Source: Octopus bimaculoides (lineage: Eukaryota). From it: a DNA stretch of 43,639 nucleotides. A program made the translations under genes and the position numbers. How positions within the stretch are numbered: position 1 is the stretch's first letter; every line of letters starts with the position of its first letter. Location: contig NC_069000.1 of assembly GCF_001194135.2 (NCBI RefSeq), forward strand, positions 24,759,556 to 24,803,194, given 5' to 3'. A model generated the notes under the pieces. The model did not search any database, was not told the origin of the DNA, and saw only the letters and a program-made list of their open reading frames with translations. Positions 13,504-27,121 of this stretch are shown in pieces.

Positions 13504-14055
13504 ATTGCACTGATGCAATACCAGGCAGTGGTTCTCATGGCTTCTGATGAGCAAAATAAGAGCAAAAGGGTGGCTAACAGACATGAAAATTGAGGAGATA
13601 AAAAAGAAAGTAGAAAATATAAATAATACTTCACCAACAGATAATGTGCCCAGTGAGGACAGAGAAATGAATGGCAGCAGTGAAGACATAGGGCAAAGTG
13701 TAAATGTAAATGCATTTGCAGCAAATGGAGCAGATGTAATAGGAAGAGCTATATCACAAGAATACGATGATGACGAGCAAGACATAGTAAGGATGCTGTG
13801 CCAATATATTAGAGAAGATCCGGATCCAGCCCCCACCCAACCACATCGATTGACACAAGCTCAAAGTTGAAACAAAAAAGATAGATTCAGTTCTTGGGCC
13901 ATTCCAGATGAGAAATATAACTGAAACTAACAAGATTATTTGTGCTGAAGCTATGGTTGCTGCAGATAGAATTGGATATGAAAGAAGAGAACAAACAAAA
14001 CGTAAAGATCCACTCTGGTGTAGACGAATGTGTAAGAAACAAACAAAGTTAAAAA

Positions 14056-14492
14056 GGAGAGTATTGTAGTTCGCTTGAAGCATCGTGTATTGTTTGTAAA
14101 GAATAAAAAGTTTAGGAAGGTATAACAATGCAATATAGAACAAAAAATGGACTGTATACCTGTTGTAACTTGGTAAACTGTAGTCCGATGATATTTCGGA
14201 ATTAGAATTCCTTCTTCAGATCTTAATTTGCTGGAGTCTCTGCTATAAACTGTTTTCCAACGGTTTTTCTTTTTTCTGAAGCGTCTCAGGAGTGGTCTCA
14301 CGAAGCTTCTTCTGGAATTCCTCATGAGAAGTGCGTGAGGTCGGCTGTTTCAATCTCGTGTGTGTTGTATCGATACATCTGTGGCGCTGCTTCTAAGTTA
14401 TGTGTTATACGTGCAGCTTCTCTTTTTTTTTTTTCCCTTTCTTTTTATTTTATTTTATTTTTTTTGCCCTTCTTTTTTTTTGTTGTAAACAA
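14056..14492 (-). mobile_element. Probable Penelope-like pseudo-LTR fragment inserted antisense into a Dong copy
   Basis: Interrupts the Dong ORF remnant between ...WCRRMCKKQTKLKR and KDxGQVD..., and contains the minimal hammerhead. Boundaries approximate. Confidence 0.45.
14187..14222 (-). ncRNA. Minimal PLE-type hammerhead ribozyme motif
   Basis: Reverse complement: GAT-CTGAAGA-A-GGAAT(TCTA)ATTCC-GAAA-TAT-C/ATC. 3-bp stem I, 5-bp stem II, palindromic ATAT stem III, ATC triplet. Confidence 0.55.
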
Positions 14493-16914
14493 TATAAAGA
14501 CATCTAGGACAAGTTGACAGTGAATAGAGGGGAACTGCAGAACAAAAGTATAAAAATAATGCTGGAAAGAATATATAGAATAAGAGATAAAGGGTATGAT
14601 GTGATATTGGAAGAATTGGAACAAAGAGTAGTAGCAACCAAAGCAAAACTGAAAAGATATGACAATAGAACAAAACGATTCAAGCAAAACAGATTGTTTG
14701 AAGTAAATAGGAGGAAACTGCTTCTGGAACAAGATGGGCTATTACATGTAACAATGATACCAGATTCAGAGGAAAGCAAAGCATTCTGGGGAGGAATCTG
14801 TGACCAACATGTAGAGCATAATGATGAAACAGGTTATTAGATGAAGAAGCTGGTTCCATGAAAGGATAGTGCAACAGCTAGATATGTGCTTGCTGGAAGG
14901 CACAGTACCCAGCTGGATGACAAAGGGAAAGACATTGTTATGTGCCAAGGATCTTGAAAAGGGAAACGTCACATACAACTTCAGACCAGGAATGTGCCTT
15001 CCGCAATTGTGAAAACTAATGTTAGATGCTTTGGCCAGTGAACTGTATAGATATTTGGAAAAACATGGGCTGCTACCTATTGAATAGGTGCTGAAAGAGG
15101 ATCCATGGAATGAAGGATCAGATCTTAATTGATAATCTAATTATCAGGAACTGAAACACACACACAAACCTGAGCATAGCATGGTTTGACTATCGTAATG
15201 CATACGATATGATACCATATTCCTGGATAATAAGAACAATGAAAATGTAGCAGAAAATATGAAAAACCTTATGTGGAATAGCATGAAATGCTGGAGAACA
15301 GAATTGACTGTAGGGAATCAAGTATTAGGAGAAGTGAAAATCAAGAGAGGAATCTTCCAGGGAGACAGTGTGTCCTCACTGATCTTTGTGTTGGGAATGA
15401 TTCCCTTGAGAGAAATACTACAGAAAAACAAATTGGGGTATGATCTGGGAAGAGGTAAGGGAAAATTGAACCAATTGCTATTCATGGACGACCTGAAGCT
15501 ATTCACAAAAACTGAGGCAGAACTGAATAGCCTAGTCCAGTCTGTTTGGATTTTCTCTAACGATATTAAGATGGAGTTTGGACTCTCAAAATGTGCTACG
15601 ATGGTGATCAGATGAGGAAAACTTTTCAGAATAGAAGGCATACGGTTGCCAAGTGGTGAAATGATGAAGGCAATTCAACCGCTATCCAGCTATAAATATC
15701 TGGGAATACTTGAGGCAGAAGGAATCAAACATGAGATGAGGGGAAAGATGACAAGCGAGTACTTGCAGTGAGTGAGAAAAATAATGGCTTCAAAACTGAA
15801 TGTGAGAAACATTAGTTCGGTATGGCACTGGAATCCTTAAGTTGACAGAGAAGGAACTGAAGAAGATGGACAGGAAGTCAAGAAAGCTCCTAACGATGCA
15901 TGGAGCTCGTCATCCACGTGCGGACACTGACTGCCTATACATGAAGAGAGCAAATGGAGGAAGAGGACTGATAAGTGTGGAAGACTGTGTGCGTATCAAA
16001 CTCAAGAGTTTAATGAGAAACCTAGCCCAAAGTCAGGAAACCTTGCTAGTAACAGTTAGGAACGAGGGAGTATTGAAAGCAGAGAAAAATGGAAAAACAA
16101 AGGAAGAAGTGCAAAAAGGACATGAAGAAGAATTACACTGAAGGAGACTACACAATCAATTCCATATAACCACAACAGACATTGCTGGAAAAAATAGGCA
16201 GGATTGGCTGATGAAAGGAACGTTAAAAAAAAGACAGAGAGCACTACACTGGCAGCGCAAGACCAAACTTTGGCCATGAACTGGAGGGTCAACCTTAGGT
16301 ATGAGCAAGTGTCTCCGCTGTGCCAGCAATAGGGTGGATGAAACCATTGCCCATATTACAAACGAATGCCCTAGACTTGCTCAAAACCACTACAAGATGT
16401 TTGAAAACCACTACAAACTGTGCAAAAAGTGGGGGTCAGAGAGAGACAAGAAATGGTATTATCACAAACCACAGAAAGTGGCAGAGTCAGAGACTAGCAA
16501 AATCCTCTGAGATTTCCCATACCAGGTGCTAGAGCATAACAGACTGAACCTAGTGGTGGTGGGCAAGGTGCACCACATATGAAAAGACAGAGAGAGATAC
16601 AATCCTCTTAAGTACGAAATAGCCTAGTTGTTATGGAAAATGTAGCGAGTGAAGATAGTGCCAATTATTGCTGGGTCCTTGGGAGCAGTATCAGAAGGCA
16701 TCAAGGGGAATATAAAGGAAATTGGAATAGAGTGCCCTGTAGAACTGTTACAAAAGGTTTGTCTCTTTGGCACGGCCAGAATAATCAGGAAAGTATTAGA
16801 CATCTGAAAAGAACGGATAGAATGATACTGTAGGCCGCAGGTAGCAAGCCTGCTGTGCAAGCAAGACTCCAGGAGCTCCAACAAAACCTGTGATAAAGAG
16901 AAACAGTCATAATA

Positions 16915-17980
16915 AACTAGCTAACATATGGAGATATATTCTTAAAATATAAAAAATATCAGAAATAGAAATAGAACACTTAAAAGGAAAAATGCATCAG
17001 GAAAACGTAGATAGTCTCCACACAACAATGCCAACGAAGTAAACAATGAAAGACAACAAACCGGGACCGTAGGAATGTATAACGATGAGCAAAATACACC
17101 AAACCAGAACACCACAGATAAAAATATGAACAGGAGGGAATACAAAACAAATCTAAAACCTGGAAACAGTGATGGTGAAACTAATGATTATGACATTCTA
17201 AAAATGAGTATAATCAAAGAATTGAAAGCCACAGATCTCGGTATGGACCACTGATTGTACCTCCCAAAAATTAAAATCGATAATAAAACATCAACAATAA
17301 ATGACATGAACCTGGCTGTCACAAAACTAACAGTCGCAGAAACAAATGTCAATATGACCAGGTTAAATGATATAATATATGCAGCAGCCTCTGTGGACAC
17401 AAAAGAAGCTGGATACCTCCTCAAACCCATCCAAACAGGAGTATCACCACCCAAACAAACCCCGTGGATAAATAATATCCAGAAAAACAGAAGATAAAAG
17501 AAAGGATCTGTCAATCCTTAATGAAAGTAATAGACAATCAATACTACTAAGCAACAAGAAGAGAAGAAAAGTATCACACAAATACAAAATTACAGAACAA
17601 AGTATACTTGAGGTAAAAGAACAGCTAAAGCAAGATCTCCTCGTCAGAGCACAATGAATCCGCCGGTATGAGAAACGCCAACGTTTCTTTGAACAAAACA
17701 AACGGTTCGACTCCAATCCCGAAAGATTCTACCAAGAACTTGGCAAAATTAGAATAGAAATAAATGCAGCACCAACAGCAGAAGAAATGGAAGAATTTTG
17801 GAAAGAAGTGGAAGAAATTGGAAAGAACAACCCCAGAAAAGATCTATCAAAACAAGAAATACAATACCGGAACAACTCTGGACTCCTGTAACAACTGAAG
17901 AGGTCACTCAGGTACTGCAAAAACTAAGCAACTGGAAGGCATGCAGGCATGACAACATCTGGTTAAAATATCTAACCTCC
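16915..17980 (+). mobile_element. R4/Dong-like LINE, copy C (different subfamily), N-terminal part to start of RT; 3' half missing
   Basis: ISEIEIEHLK; IIYAAA; IRRYEKRQRFFEQNKRFDSNPERFYQEL; APTAEEMEEFW; ends at KACRHDNIWLKYLT. Confidence 0.8.
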
Positions 17981-20950
17981 CCGACCAGACAACCAACGAC
18001 AAGCGCCAACCTTTTCGCTAACACCTTGGCCAAAATCTCAAACAGTTATGGGTCGAAAATTCCCAAACACGTCCCCATTGTCGGCATCCTTTCTCAGCAG
18101 TGTTACTACAGCCTGGCTAACAGTACTAGAAATTCTCCCGTTCTATTGCCAGTTACTGTAGACATCTGTCAAATAAATCTGGCATGAAAACATAGAATTC
18201 GTAGGGCAGACCATCCAAACCAAGCGATTTGTGACTTGTGCAATCACTCATCGCTTCCCGTATTTCAGAGGCTGTATTTGGCTTTTCGCAAAATCTCGCA
18301 TTTGTCACTGAGAGCCGTGGTAGGCCATCAAGGTACGAAGTAAAGTTCGCTACCATCGTCAACCCATCACCCTCCCTAAACAACCTCGCAAAGTGCTGCT
18401 GGAAAGCCGCACACATCTGCTCAGAACCGAGTAGCACGCGTCTGTACTGATCTGTCAAAGATTTGATCGTGGCTTTATTTCGATGTCGCGTCTCTACCGT
18501 TTGGGCTCATCGGACGGTTTTAGTTTCTTCGTATTTTAATGCACAGGCCTTAGCTCTCACAACGCACCCTTCGTGTTTCGCCTCAAAGAAATGGTCAAGG
18601 GCCATTCTTGCCATTAACATGTCAGTCGCAATGCCTTTACTGATAGCCTCTTCTAGTTTGCTAACTAGTTCTCCCTCTAATTTATTTCTTTCTATTGCTA
18701 AATCTTTGCAAAATGATATCGATTCTACTCTAATTGCTCTCTTCAGAGCGATTCACCATCGGTTATTGACGATAGCCCCCGTCAATTATCGCTAAACTAG
18801 TTCGCTAATCCGGTCCCTGTAGTCTTTGTGAGCCAGTAAGGACGCATTCAACTTCCAGTAACAGGGTCCCAGTCTACGGGTCCTATCTAAATCGACTGAG
18901 TATATCATAAATTTGTGATCTGTGTAGCCGACCAATTTAAATTGTAAACAACCTATGCTATCCCTATCCACTGACTTAATAGATACTCTATCTAAATACG
19001 ATCGGGATGACCCGCTGTGGTTGCTCCATGACCCCACTGGAACATCAGGGAAATCTAGTCGGTACCTGTCAGAAATCTGGAAAGTTCTGAGAAGGTTTTC
19101 GAGGCTTTTACACCCCCTTCTACTATGTGCTAAACCCACACAGTCCTTCCGTGCATCCAAAATACTATTCCAGTGCCCTGCTAGTACTAAAGTGCGAGAC
19201 GTTCCCAAGAATGTTTCTAGACGCCTGAAGAAATCTGGCCTTCCAGCACCTGTTGGAGCGTAAATCACCACTAGTCTAAAGGCACCACCTTCTTTGCTGT
19301 TCACGTCCAGGACCAACAGCCTACCATCCGGATCCAGGAAGATAGCCTGTACTTGGAGATCCAAGGATTTCCAGAGTAGCACTGCTACACCACCACCCGC
19401 TCCCGATAGACCACACAATGAGAATACCTCGTAGTCCTCGAAAATGGATGCTAGAGTGTGTTTCCCGGAGATCTTTGTTTCACTAATGGCAGCCACATCA
19501 AGAGACCTTAGATTGTCGAGCAAGTGACCTTGCTTCCAGGCCGATCCCAGGCCACGCACATTCCTACACCCCATTCTCAGCACAGCCATACTAGTCGGAG
19601 AAAGAAAAGCTTGGTTTTGGAGAAGTCCAGAAGTTCCGGGCTTCTCAACTGGCGAAAAATTCTTTAAAGGCCCTTTTTTCTGCAGATATTTTTTTTAATC
19701 CTCACATTACCTGGGAATTTTTCTATTATAGTTTTATAAATGTCTTACGTTTTAATTAATAGTCTGTCCTTGAAGGTTTTGACGATGAAATCCTCAAATT
19801 CCTGTCCCTCTGTCTCTATTTTGATTTTGTTTTGACTTACAAAATCCATCAATTCCTGTTACACTTGTTCACAACAGTGTAATTGATGGAGACATTTCGT
19901 CTACAGTCTGAGGAATAGTTTTGAAGTTCTGTAATTGGTTGTTTCTGTTTCTTTAATTTCATGCTGCTGTTGCTGTTTTTGAAGTTGTTCATGTTGGAGT
20001 GGTTGTGAATTGTGTTGCAGTTGTGGTTTCAGGAAGTTTTTTGTTGATTTCTTGGAGTAGGGCTGTGTACTCTCCTCTTTCCCTTGCCCCCTTTTGTCAC
20101 TGTGATCCATTGATCGTTCAGCTCTTCCTTCTCCATGTCATTGCATTTGATGTTGGTTTGGGAGGAAGAGCATTTCAGGAAAAACTTTTTTGTGGCAACC
20201 GGCGGGTAGATTCCTTCTTTGTCTTGGTTTGGGAATGGGTGTGTGAGATAGTGTAGGAGTCTTGTGCACTTGTGGTATTCATAATGTTGGCTGCAGTGAG
20301 ACTTCATTTTTCTTTGTTTCGTGTTTTATAGATCCACATTTATGACATTTTGGCTTTCTACCCTCCACGAACACCGACAGGTGAGTGCCATCCAAGAGAT
20401 CGAGCAGCTGATTTATATGATCCTGCTTGCATTGTAAGGTACCTATACCTAACCAGTTTTGCTTAAGTAGTTTCTTGACCTCCAGTATTGTGACTTCGTC
20501 TTCTTCTAAACCTGCCAAGATGGCCACCACTAACCAAGTAATGGATATTTCTGGCGGCACATTCAGCACCCTAATCTTGGCAAGATGTTGGCTGTGATAG
20601 CTGGGGATTGAAAAAATTGTCATTCTTCAAAGTGATTGCGGAATTACATTTAGCTTCTTCTGTCCCACATCTCACCTCAATGGTTCCAAACTTCTTTCCG
20701 CGGATGATGTGTCTTTTGTTCCTACACACGCCCAAGACATTTTTGTATTTCACACTTGGGTTGCAGCGGTATGTGACCGTGCATCTTGCAATATTTTCTA
20801 TCACAAGAAATTAACAAATAATACTGATTGACAACCTAAAGAAAATCATCCACCACTAGTTATGACCATTACAAGCTTGTCTTTTGAATGGGTTTGCGCA
20901 AGTTATTGCTTGACACAACTCTAGACTTCATTGTTTGAAAAGGATAATGA
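17981..20950 (-). mobile_element. Tx1/L1-like LINE: ORF1 (~20815-19620, disrupted), ORF2 APE endonuclease (19589-18792) and start of RT; 3' part missing
   Basis: ORF1 has a KCHKCG..KH knuckle and KIRVLNVPPE. ORF2 has NVRGL, ISETK, IYAP, YLDR, TDH, YWKLNASLL, KSLGLDGLPYEFY and NFRPIT. The catalytic GDxN reads GHWN, so it is probably inactive. Confidence 0.88.
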
Positions 20951-21599
20951 TTCAAGTTGTGAGCAGAGCAAGGACATTATTTGGGATGGTTTTCAAAAGC
21001 TAGACCAAAATGACATCACAGCAAGAAATAGGAATTAAATGACACAGAAGTCAGGAATTAGTTAAAAAAAAAATAGAATGACGTAAGTGTAAAAGACAAT
21101 GATGATGAATGTGCAGAGCTTAGTTCAACCTAAAAAAAACAAAATTAATGTCCCAATATGAGCAGCTGACTGATCTCAATTTTTTGATAAAAGAATTCAT
21201 GTTTTAGGCTGTATAACATAGCATTCTACAAATTTATAGAGAATGACAAGTATCTAGAAAGCAATCAATGACAATTACTTTCTTCAGGTTTCTGATTCTC
21301 TTTACACTAGCATCCTCACCTGCACTGCAACAAGTAGAACCAGTGCTGGCCATTCTGGAGTCGTCATTGTTAGGTCTTCTACCTCCTTATATCAGAAACA
21401 AACAACAGTGATTTAAGCCAGACTTTCCCCACCATCTCCAACAACTAATTACAATAATGATGACACAGATGTGGATGATGATTCCAACCTCATGTAACTA
21501 TGCCACATCATCTAGATCTGTAATTACCCAGGTTTAGTAAGGAAGAACTGTGCAAATAAGTGTAAAAAAAAACAAAACAAACCTCAGCTGATTGGCATA

Positions 21600-21860
21600 A
21601 AATTATGGACATTTCTAGCGTCTGGCCCACAGACACGCTGCCTACACTTGGCCTTTTCCTTCCACAACTGTAATGGCCTCTACTCCTCTGGGATGGGTGG
21701 TCTCATGCTGCCCCCCCCCCCTGCCACCTACATTGTGTCCAACTCATTCAGGTTTCACACTAACTACTACACCCAATCCTTCCTTTGCAGAATGCAAGCC
21801 CTCTGGAACTCCTTCCTGCAGTCATTAAACCTGCGATGGTTTACAGGGGAACATTAATAG
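21600..21860 (+). mobile_element. CR1/L2-like LINE 3' fragment
   Basis: FHTNYYTQSFLCRMQALWNSF resembles the CR1/L2 C-terminal (F)F.RT...WNSLP motif. Confidence 0.55.
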
Positions 21861-24800
21861 CATCAATCCCATCAGCCTTGAAAGGCCTGCAATGATCATG
21901 GGTTCTGCCAGAATAGATAAAAAAAAAAACAAAAACAGTAACAACAAAATTTAATGCTTTTCCTGCTTTATTTATTTATTTTTTTCCCTGTTACCACAGA
22001 TGACCTCATGGCATTCTTTATTACTGTGATATTAAGCAGAAGTAATTGGTTAAATAACATGTTGAGAGCATCATATAAAGATCATAGTCCGGAAATCAAT
22101 GTTTCATTTTCTTTTCTTTTAGGTCATAGTGTGAAAGTCAATAATGATATTGTTGTAGTGGCACAGATGGTTGATTGTCATGTTAACTGTATCATTCTTT
22201 ATGTGATCTAGTTTTGCTGTCTCATACTAAGTCCAAACCTTGCCGAGATCTTACCAGGCTCATAATCTCATCAAGTGGAAAAAAAAAAGGTAGGTAGGTA
22301 GGAAATCAATAAATGTATACCAGTAATATCCTATGGTAGAGATAAAAGGACTTTTTTAACTGTAACTGTCATGCTTCTTTTTTTTCAAAGACAGTGTAGT
22401 CTACAGGACTACATTATCACATATTTTAAGATGGTCTGAGAGAGATTTTGCAGCTATTTCTAGCAGGTCAATCAACTTTTGTAAATCTCTACTTAAATAG
22501 AATTAGAATACTAATATCAAATATTGTACTGCAGGTTCCACTACTATGCTATGGTGACTTGAAAACCCTTCAACTGAATTAATCTCTCTTCCTCTCATAT
22601 ACACATCTCTGTGGTGGTAAACTGGATAATTTCTTCAGATCTAAAGGTCAACTGTACCCAACAGGGTTCACAGATAAAGTGACAGTACCATTTCCCCTCA
22701 CAACTTTTATCAACAAACTCCAGTTTCCTTGGATTGTAGATTTAACCGGATATGTATACACACACACACAAAAATGATGGGCTCTCATACAATTTCCATT
22801 TACAAATTTTATTCACAAGGCATTGGTCAGCCTACATTTAACCGTGATGCCATGCTATGGAATTAAACCCCAAACCATGCAAGTGAATGGGTTGAAGTCT
22901 GAATAGGGAACACTGCTGGTATTTTATTATCAATGCTGGTGCCACATTAAAAGCATCCAGTCCACACTGTAATGTGGTTGGTATCTGGAAGGGCATCCAG
23001 CAGTAAAAATCTTGCCAAAACTAACTTCACCTGTGCTAGTGCCATGTAAAAAGCACTGAGTCCACTCTGCAGAGTGGTTGGTGTTAGGAAGGGCATCCAG
23101 CCATAAAATCCCTGCCAAAACAGTCACAATAGCCTTGGGTAGATTTTCTACCTGGCTGGCTCCTATCAACTGTCCTACCCATGCATGCATGGAAGATGAA
23201 CGTTAAATGATGCTGATGATGAGCCTCCACTGCTCACCACATAAAATGTTAGAAGGAAAGAGAAAAAGCAGAATGTGAAGAGAACATAGTTGACCCCAGT
23301 AAGGTTTGAAGTCTTTAGTAGTGAATTAAATCAATTGTTAATCATATGAAAGACAGTTGTGTACAGCAGTTACAAGATGCACAGCCTTAAATCAGAATCT
23401 GGCCTTTAATATTTCAAATGAAGATATATTACATCAAAATGAGTGTTAGTAATGAAATCACATTCTAGCTGTTCTTTTATACTCATTCTTCCCATTCTCT
23501 TGATACATTCCACCCTTCACAAACCATTCTTCTCAGCTAGTATATTCTGACACTCTCACCCTTCCAATTTTCATTCTGCTATTCCAATGCTTCACATATG
23601 TTTGAGGTTGTTTCTCATATTCCCAGTTTTAAAAATGGAAATATTGGACAAGCTTTTCTTAACTTTAAACTGTAGAGAGATTTACTTTCCAAAGTCCACT
23701 GAATGTCAGTTAAAATCTTGCAGTGCACACATCATAGGCTTGGCACTACAGCTCTAGACAGTCAATACTTAAAATATTTTGAAAATGAAATAAAAGGAAG
23801 AGAAACCAAATTCAAAGTAGCTTATGTACACATACACACATCTGTATGAAATTACAGATACTTTTGCATGTGAATATATAAACTGTATATACTATGTCTG
23901 TCACATATATATGTATATACACACACACATTCTATAAATTAGTAATACACAATAGCAGAAAGAATACTTGGTACAAGGGATATTTGGTCAGCTGGAATTC
24001 ACAGTTCATTGGTACCCTGGGTTTCATGAACCTCAAAATTAGAGTTTGCATGCTGATAGAGCCATACATCTTGTGCTTCATGAAATAGCCAGTAGGAGTG
24101 AACTGTGCACGAGTGTTATTTTTATTTATATATCTATATATATATATATAAATAGTTTATAAACGGTTACAGCATTTAATTTGCAACCACATTAAGAACC
24201 TTAGGAAAGTGTCTTCAACTATAGTTTCAGGTTGATCAATACCTTAGGAGTGGAATTTGGTACACAGAAAGCCTGAGGTTTATATATCTATATATATATA
24301 TATAGTGTGTGCGTGTGAGTGCTGTTCATATCTATACTTAAGTTCCAAATTGTTTGAAAATCAGTGCTGTTTATGTTGCACCTCTTTATGTCTCACAATC
24401 TAGTAGTTTGTCAAATAGAAATCTATAAAATAAATACTGGGGCCAATACACTCATCTAAAGCTTTGCAGATAGTGCTTCCAAAATAGTAGTAGTTCAGTG
24501 GCTGAAACCTGTAAAAGGTCTGTTTATATCACATTTTGCACTTAAACACTAGAGTCAAAGTGCTAACTTAGCTAACTGGTAGGATATATAAGGAATTAGT
24601 CAAGGTGTAGTCATTGTGTGACCTGATGCCCTATAACTGAATGGTTTAAGCAAACCAACATATTAAAAACATTATCCATTTTGTTATCATTTCAGTTGAA
24701 ATACACAGTTTTGGTTTCGATTAATTTAAACTAAATAATGAAGAACTGAGTAAAATAAATTTGTTATTTAGCTGGCATTTAGAACATAAAATTCTGATGG

Positions 24801-25588
24801 AAGATTTTACCAAAGATTGTTTTAAAACAGGAAACTTGTATCATAGATTAGAGGCAGTTCTCAGGTGGATTAGGATCAAAAGAGTTAAATAATACTTTAT
24901 AAACTGAAGTATTTCATACACATGCAGCACAGGTAGATGACCTTCATGCCAACAAACTCCACTTGACATGTTTATATGAAGAACTTGAAACAAATGACTG
25001 TTAACATCATCATCACTTTAACATTCACTTTTCTATGCATGAATGATGCTTCACCTTGTTACAAATTCTCACCTGTTTCTAACATGACCGAGACTTCTGG
25101 TGATTTGCTGTGCTTGAGAAAGTATGTCAAGCTAAGTAAAATTGTGGTCATGGCCAGTGACATGTAAAAGGCACCTATACCAGTTACACACAAAAGGCAT
25201 CCACTATACTTTTGTGTGGTTGGTGGTAGGAAGGGCATCCAGCTGTAGAAACCAAATCAAAACAGAGTGGAGCCCGGTGCAGCTCTCCAGCATACCATCT
25301 CCAGTCAAACTGTCTAACCCATGCCAGCATGGAAAATGGATATTAAATGATGAGGATGTATAAATTTTTTTTTCCTTGATTTTAGTTACTGAATTGGGAC
25401 TATACTGGAGTGACATCAACAAGGGAATAGATTCATTTCTTCTTTGAAATATAACTGAGAAAAACTTGAACTCAGAATGTGAAGGGACATAATCAAATTC
25501 TACAAGGTATTTTGTTTGCCACACTACTGATTCTACCTTTAGTCTTCCCATATGTGCGTGCATACATATATGTATGTGTATATATATA

Positions 25589-26859
25589 TTGGGTTGTCCG
25601 GAAAGTTTGTGTTCATTTATAGTAGTTTACTTTTCAACTTATTTTAGAACATGGTTGAGTCCATAAAATAGGATTTGACTACACCTCCATTTAGAGCACA
25701 GTCTAAGCTATCTTTTCGTGGAAGAAGGTTTGTGTTCCTAAAACTTGTGTTAATTCTGTAACCCTTTAAAATGAAAGATAAGAAAGTTCATTTTTGGCAC
25801 TTGAAGCTTTTCTTTTTCCATAAAGAGAAATATGTCTCACAAGCAACCAAAGAAATATGCGCAGTTTACGGTAATGTTTCTTTATCCGAAAGAACTGTAT
25901 GGAAGTGGTTCGCAAGGTTCCAAGCTGGAGATTGTAGCCTTATTGATAAAGAGCAATCAGGCAGACCATCCACTACAGATGATGACCAAATCAAGTCATT
26001 AATTGAGAATAACCCACATTGCACAACCCGAGAATTGGCAGAAAGCCTCAAACTATCAAAATCTGTTGTTCATGAGCACCTTGTAAATCTTGGGTACACA
26101 AATCGCTACGATGTTTGGGTACCACATGAGTTAAGTGAGAAGAACCTTTTGGATCGCATTTCCATCTGTGATTCACTTTATAAATAAAATGAAAACGCGC
26201 CTTTTTTTAAAGCAAATTGTGACAGGTGATGAGAAATAGATTATCTACCGAAATGTTCAGAGAAAGTGATCCTGGAGTAAGCGACATGAGCCACCACAAA
26301 AGCGGGTCTTCACCCTAAAAAAAAGTCTTGCTTTGTGTCTGGTAGGATGGAAAGGAATTCTGTACTATGAGCTTCTCCCAAGTAACCAGACAATTAATTC
26401 TGAGAATACTGCACACTAGACAAGTTAAAAGCAGCAATTCAAGAGAAACGTCCAGAATTGGCCAACAGGAAGGGTGTTGTTTTCCAACATGATAATGTAA
26501 GACCGCATGTTTCTTTGGGAACCAGACAAAAATTGCTGCAGCACGGCTGGGATGTGTTACCTCACCCTCCATATTCACCAGATATTGCTCCTTCGGATTT
26601 CCACTTATTCAGGTCTCTGCAGAATAGTCTTAATGGTAAAAATTTCAATTCCTTGGATGATGTAAAAAGATACCTTGATGAATCCTTTGCCATGAAACCA
26701 CCTCATTCTGGGAAGAGGGTATTTCCAAGTTAAAGGAAAGATGGAGAGGCATTGCACAACGAAATGGTTCATATTTGGTTGATTAAAAATGTAATGGCAA
26801 GTATTTATTGACCTTTTTCTTTCCTTTAAAAATAGGTACGAACTTTCCGGACAACCCAA
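25589..26859 (+). mobile_element. Full-length (1271 bp) mariner element with inactivated DD34D transposase
   Basis: TIRs TTGGGTTGTCCGGAAAGTT / AACTTTCCGGACAACCCAA with TA on both sides. ORF remnant 25771-~26790 has an HTH region, WVPHEL, TGDEK, HDNVRPH and YSPDIAPSDFHLF. Several stops and frameshifts. Confidence 0.96.
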
Positions 26860-26891
26860 TATATATATATATATATTCATATACATATATA

Positions 26892-26934
<43 letters not shown>

Positions 26935-27121
26935 GTATATACTGTTGTGTCCGGGGAGAGTCATTCTCTTTTGGTGCATTATAATTCAACACACTCACTG
27001 GTAAAATTTCCACTTATTTCTTTTTTATTTTTCTAAAATTTTTGTTGCGTCTTGCAACCTTTTCAATAGTCATTATATATGTATATACATATCTGTAATA
27101 TAATATATGACAATTATTCGG

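Larger units (their letters stand above)
13504..16905 (+). mobile_element. Long decayed R4/Dong-like LINE, copy B (same family as 338-2312), interrupted at ~14056-14492
   Basis: N-terminal KGWLTD.+IEEIK; EELEQR...KRYDNR...FKQNRLF; RT; GGRGL; AQDQ; RLE. Same 3' end caaaacctgtgataaag as copy A. Confidence 0.9.

Noticed and set aside
18792-19589. 265-aa endonuclease ORF as a possible domesticated gene
   Set aside because: The catalytic GDxN is changed to GHWN, the start and continuation fit ordinary Tx1 ORF2, and the downstream frame is broken.
27036-27069. Hairpin GGTTGC-aagac-GCAAC on the minus strand with hammerhead-like spacing
   Set aside because: Both core boxes are absent (TTGAAAA and AAAA instead of CTGANGA and GAAA).
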